A stretch of 63,167 nucleotides of DNA, the filler included, from Asterionella formosa (Eukaryota): the NCBI GenBank assembly GCA_002256025.1. It is 17 parts of 17 records of this genome, joined end to end, with 100 filler letters (N's around TTAATTAATTAA, not from the genome) between each part and the next. Parts side by side here need not be neighbours in the genome. Positions count along the whole stretch, not along the records: positions 59,557 to 63,167 come from NKIB01014028.1; 16 more parts are not named here. One strand, given 5' to 3'. The notes beneath the pieces are model-generated. The model was not told the origin of the DNA, did no database searches, and saw nothing but the letters and a program-made list of their open reading frames with translations. Every line of letters starts with the position of its first letter. Position 1 is the stretch's first letter. A program made the translations under genes and the position numbers. Shown in pieces: positions 62,832 through 63,167 of this stretch.

Positions 62832-63167
62832 TTAGGGTAAGGGAAATCCATCGGTGGGCCTTTCTCTTCTGGTGGGTCTATCTGTGAGTGGTGCAATGGG
62901 TGTTTGTATCACTGGTGCCTCAGTTGGTGCTTCAGTGACACATCTTGTCCAACCATAAATGTTGAAGGGGGCAATGTAGAAGGGGGGAAGGTTAATGATG
63001 CTTGGGGAAAATGGGGGAATTGGTGAAAATGGTGCCCAAGGGGTGCAAGGTATCGCAGTGGGTGATTGTGTCACTGGTGCCCCAGTGGGTGTTTGTGTGG
63101 GTACTACAGTGGGTCCCAAAGTGGGTGGTTCTGTGGGCCCTGGGGTGGGCGGGTGTGTGGGTACAAA
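62832..63167 (-). CDS. Pro/Thr-rich (TxxP repeat) mucin-like protein, C-terminal fragment
   Basis: PTHPPTPGPTEPPTLGPTVVPTQTPTGAPVTQSPT..TEAPTEAP, open to the window end. Confidence 0.6.
   Translation of the reverse strand, partial: FVPTHPPTPGPTEPPTLGPTVVPTQTPTGAPVTQSPTAIPCTPWAPFSPIPPFSPSIINLPPFYIAPFNIYGWTRCVTEAPTEAPVIQTPIAPLTDRPTRRERPTDGFPLP

Noticed and set aside
1..63167. rRNA, tRNA, prokaryotic operons or defence systems; the many short antisense ORFs in the track
   Set aside because: None recognisable by eye. The short ORFs are shadows of real genes or TEs, or run into N linkers.

Overview
This window is not one locus. It is 17 unrelated contigs of about 3.61-3.64 kb, roughly size-sorted and joined by artificial 100-bp linkers (N44-TTAATTAATTAA-N44), so adjacency across a linker means nothing. 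The DNA is eukaryotic, with short GT-AG introns, and most resembles a repeat-rich diatom or other stramenopile genome; that assignment is inferred from gene and TE family resemblance. Host genes: RNase H2 catalytic subunit (partial), Ctf4/WDHD1, a TAF10-like histone-fold protein, an LRR gene with two in-frame TAA codons, a TM9SF relic, a YqaJ-type nuclease fragment, a Pro/Thr-rich protein and several unknowns. Mobile DNA dominates: six Ty1/copia segments from about four families, three distinct Crypton-type elements (one with an intact tyrosine-recombinase ORF), piggyBac, pogo, Tc1-like and PIF/Harbinger relics, MITE-like repeats and a ~190-bp satellite. The best leads are (1) a copia-like element whose PBS position is a perfect 12-nt complement of its own LTR (candidate tRNA-free self-priming) and whose protease follows gag in frame after a single UGA plus a stem-loop (candidate readthrough), (2) a convergent two-gene module with a cryptic Ulp1-like protease, and (3) the intact tyrosine recombinase with a GCR1_C-like tail. 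All family calls come from motif recognition by eye; no searches were run.
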